A stretch of 64,000 nucleotides of DNA, taken from NCBI GenBank assembly GCA_043228905.1, contig JBHGNT010000001.1:26908001-26972000 (forward strand). The letters are read 5' to 3'. The notes under the pieces are model-generated. The model worked only from the letters and a program-made list of their open reading frames with translations, ran no database searches and was not told where the DNA came from. The stretch's first letter is position 1. Each line of letters begins with the position of its first letter. The DNA is from Azolla caroliniana. Lineage: Eukaryota; Plantae; Polypodiophyta. Made by a program: the position numbers and the translations under genes. Positions 60,601 through 64,000 of the stretch are shown in pieces.

Positions 60601-63559
60601 CGAGGGATATAATCATAAATCCGATTCGCTCCTCCGTCTGCACAAATTCGACAACATGCTGCAAGCAACAGTAGTTTCACGTTACTTTCATATGCTGAAA
60701 TGTGAAACATACATGAGGGGGTCAATATGTTGTGACAAACCTTTGTCCCATAGAAATGGTGTCAGTAAAGGTAGATCATGGTTCAACACCACAAGTGCAA
60801 ATGACTCATTGACAACATCCTTTTCTTCTTCAGATAAAGAAACCTGAAGAAAACTAGAGGAATGATGCATCATAGGGAGAACTGTGTCTTCTTTGCCTAA
60901 GCGAAAACATTCAAGCTTCAAATTGTTAGCAAGCATCTAGAAATGAACCAACGTGTTAATCAACCCAATTATTTTGAACATACATTAATTTAAGTGTTAT
61001 AGATGGCTACAGCAGAAGATCTGAATAAGCATAATGCCAAGCTTGCCAGAGACAGGCTGGCAAATATGTTTCCCATTTGATAATATGTTTCAGATTCTGG
61101 GGCACACTACCAGTTTTTTCTGAAGTATCTCAGCTGCTACTGCTATCACTCTGATGATTACATCATTAAGGGAACTTAAAGGTTTATCTTATATCAATTA
61201 ATTGGTGGAGGCATAAAGACTTTATGCAAAGAGGGATTTTGTAAGTATATTATACGTTAGTCATTTAATGAAGTATGTCGAACAAGGTGAGAACCATGTC
61301 AAACACCTATCAACAGTAAACACGCAGTGCAATTATGTTTTAATACATCCTGAGATGTAAGTTAGGGAGTCTTGATGACCATGCTTAAGAATCTACCAAT
61401 ATAATTCACAGAACATTTGTGTGTTCATGTTTCCAGATATGTATAACATTAAGGCCTCCTCCAATTATCGATCTATTGCACTTTTGTGTCTCAATGAAGT
61501 CCCTTCTACAATGTAATAATATCCATGAGAGGCAGAAAATATTCATTCAAATTATTGTAGCATTGAGGATCTAAGTCAGCCTCTTACGGACATCCCTCTC
61601 ACCTCTGAAAGAAACAACACCAATTCATGAATAAAACGGCATCTTCCTCAAACAACGGTCTACCTGCAATTTAACCGTATACCACTTCCACAGCCTCTCT
61701 ATATGTTTTAAATGTCAAAACATTGCACTATATGAACATTCAGTATCCAATAACATTGGAAAGGGTACCCTGAAAGTAAAGCCACATATATTTATAAAAA
61801 CATAGGATATGAGAGTATGGATTTAATGGAGCTTTGTGCATAGGTTTCTCTGACAACGAAAACTGTGTCTGTCATCTCCTTAAAAAGGAAGAGAGACCAT
61901 GTATATGACTAAGGAACATCAAGGGCAAAGCTATGAAATCCCAAACTGAATAAGTAAATGCAAACAGATGTAGGTTCAGAGTCAGATCTCTGAAACTAAT
62001 CTGTATGAGTCAACTCATTTATAAAAATGAACAATCTCATTGTGGATGTGTCTGAAGCTGACCAAGTCTATGGAAGATCACATTCAAAAACGTTAGCACA
62101 AAAACAGTTTGAACATGGCTAAGCTATCTTTGACGACAAAATCTGTATTTACTATCTCTGGAGAAACTGCATTGATAGCGTGCATCAAGTTAAGCCACTT
62201 TAAGAACATGAACGCTTGCATTTATAATACTTAATATTGACATATAATTGTTTCTCAATGACTTAATATACGTTCAGATGGTATTTTTCCCAGAGTTTGG
62301 ACGTCTCTTTCCCTGATGAGAAAACAATTCAATAGTTTGCCATCACGTCGTTAGAAAATTTCTGTATGACTTACTATAAGTTCAGGTGGATTTTTTCCCG
62401 AGTTCGGGCATTTCTTTCTCTGATGTGAAAACAATCCACTGTTTGCCCTCCCCTCCTTAGAAAAACAGCATATTGCCAGTGTTCATGACATCAAGTTTCT
62501 TCAAGAGCGTTGAGATCAAGGATATGCAAAAATCTAAAAGGTAATATAAAGATTCACGTCTATATGAGAAAATATTAATGATTATACAAATCCTGAGTTT
62601 GGACATGGCTTTGACCAATGTCAGAAAAGGTTTTGACTGTTTGTCACTCTTATCAAGTCCACTGACGAACATGAAACTCAAACTCAAGTTTTCCATATAT
62701 TCAAGCTCTCACTCTTGAAAGTTTAGTGTCTTTATGACTAAATAATTAATTATCTACTGAATGTGGATGAACACACAACTTTCTTTGATGAATACAATAT
62801 CTGAGTATTTGTCATCTTCTCCTACAAATCTATTGAAAGAAGATCAAAGATCAAAATTTTCAAGAGTCGAAATTTAAAGATATTAGCTCGAGTTCATACA
62901 CGCAGACATGTGTCTATATGACTGAGGAATGAGCATAGAGTCCCAAGGTGGAGTTTTGGACCTGATTTTAGACATATCTTTCTTTTATGACCAGAAACTT
63001 TGAGTTTCTCATCTTATCCTAAGAAAAGCCAAATATATATGACTACGAAATGGACGAATATCTAACCTGCATTTGTCGGAGTAGAAGAAGAAGAAGAATA
63101 GGAAGAGGACGAAGCCGATGATGATGATGAAGACGCTAAGCTCTGATTGCAAATCATAGCAAAATTCACAGGTTTCCCAACATAATTGAATATTGCACTG
63201 GATCCTGTGAATGAAGTGACGACAGCTTCTTCCTTGGAGAAACGGCAAAACGGAGATACATTCCTTGACGTTTCTCTAAAGATAGGGGAATAATTCCTTG
63301 TTCTCGATAAAGTAGATCCAACCGTTTGGAAACGGCCGGAAGTCCATGGTTTTGCGGAAGGAGATCCGACGGTTATTACCTTGGGATTACAGCTTGTTGC
63401 TCTTGCCGAGGGAATGGCGCAGCGAGATAGGGTTTTCTCCGTCAGACGATGAGTGGGACGGTGATGAAGCAGGAGATGGAGATGGTGATGATGATGATGA
63501 TGGTGGTGAATTGCAGCTACGGATGTGGAGCTTCTTCTGGTAGATAAATCCACGAGAGC

Positions 63560-63591
<32 letters not shown>

Positions 63592-63637
63592 CGAGGGGTC
63601 TGCAGAAGAAGAGGAGGCGGAGGTTCCACGGCATCAT
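57606..63637 (-). CDS. TPK: Thiamine pyrophosphokinase; exons 63637-63067, 60896-60741, 60658-60562, 59824-59752, 59014-58913, 58141-57892, 57808-57606 (alternative end: donor 57654 to exon 57366-57349)
   Basis: Phase-consistent GT-AG splicing gives HSSSFL..ALVVLN..LP..TPFLW, CADGGANRIYD, PDIIKGDLDSIR, DQETTDLSKC, GALGGRLDHEFANLN, GLKWDL and FGGLISTSN. The coding status of exon 1 and the last exon is less certain. Confidence 0.93.
59060..59615. repeat. ~306-bp tandem duplication in TPK intron 4 (smaller duplications at 58190-58370 and 58510-58765)
   Basis: gtgtcaa.aagccac..aacactgggttgg...gattatgtaacaacta occurs twice. Confidence 0.88.
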
Positions 63638-63900
63638 CGTAGCGTCCAAGTCGCGGGAGACGAAGAATCGAAGGAGAGAAGAGGAAGGTGAAATATGTAC
63701 TACTGTACATATAATATAACACATACATATATTTATGTTCTCCTATTATGTGTTTGTGAGAGAGAGAGAGAGAGAAAGAAAGATACATTAATGTCTTCTA
63801 ACACCAAATTTAGCCCACTGTTTCAGCCATGGTTTGTCTCATACATAATACATATTAATAATGTATTTGTATAATTTGTATGCATAATGTGTGCGCTCTC

Positions 63901-63923
63901 TAGGGTTACTTAGGGTTAGGGTT
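63901..63923. promoter_or_regulatory. Telo-box-like TAGGGTT repeats upstream of TPK
   Basis: tagggttacttagggttagggtt, ~270 nt upstream of the exon-1 ATG. Confidence 0.4.
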
Positions 63924-64000
63924 CTCGGAATAGAATAAGTCCACCTCGTTCGAATTGTGTGCAAGCTTTTGGCACAACCTTGTTTTAAAGCCGATCGATA

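Overview
Eukaryotic plant nuclear DNA, most likely from a seed-free land plant such as a fern (inferred from a Tcn1/Tf2-like chromovirus, non-L1 LINEs and abundant (AT)n(AG)n microsatellites). It holds four intact host genes: TFIIA-gamma (minus strand, 3 exons), a UBE2W/UBC15-18-type E2 (plus, 6 exons), UBL5/HUB1 (plus) and thiamine pyrophosphokinase (minus, 7-8 exons, with an unexpected ~190-aa N-terminal extension). There is also an intronless TENA_E pseudogene. The centre (23.6-46.1 kb) is a five-deep retrotransposon nest inside a LINE: copia A > chromovirus B > gag-only gypsy-like C > copia D > copia E, each with a readable target-site duplication (TSD). Top candidates for novelty: (1) the chromovirus LTR starts with an outward-facing tRNA-type Pol III promoter, and element C sits at its predicted start site; (2) about 12 degenerate copies of the exon-1 end and 5' splice site fill TFIIA-gamma intron 1; (3) the TPK may be organelle-targeted. 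All coordinates were read by eye and no database search was run.
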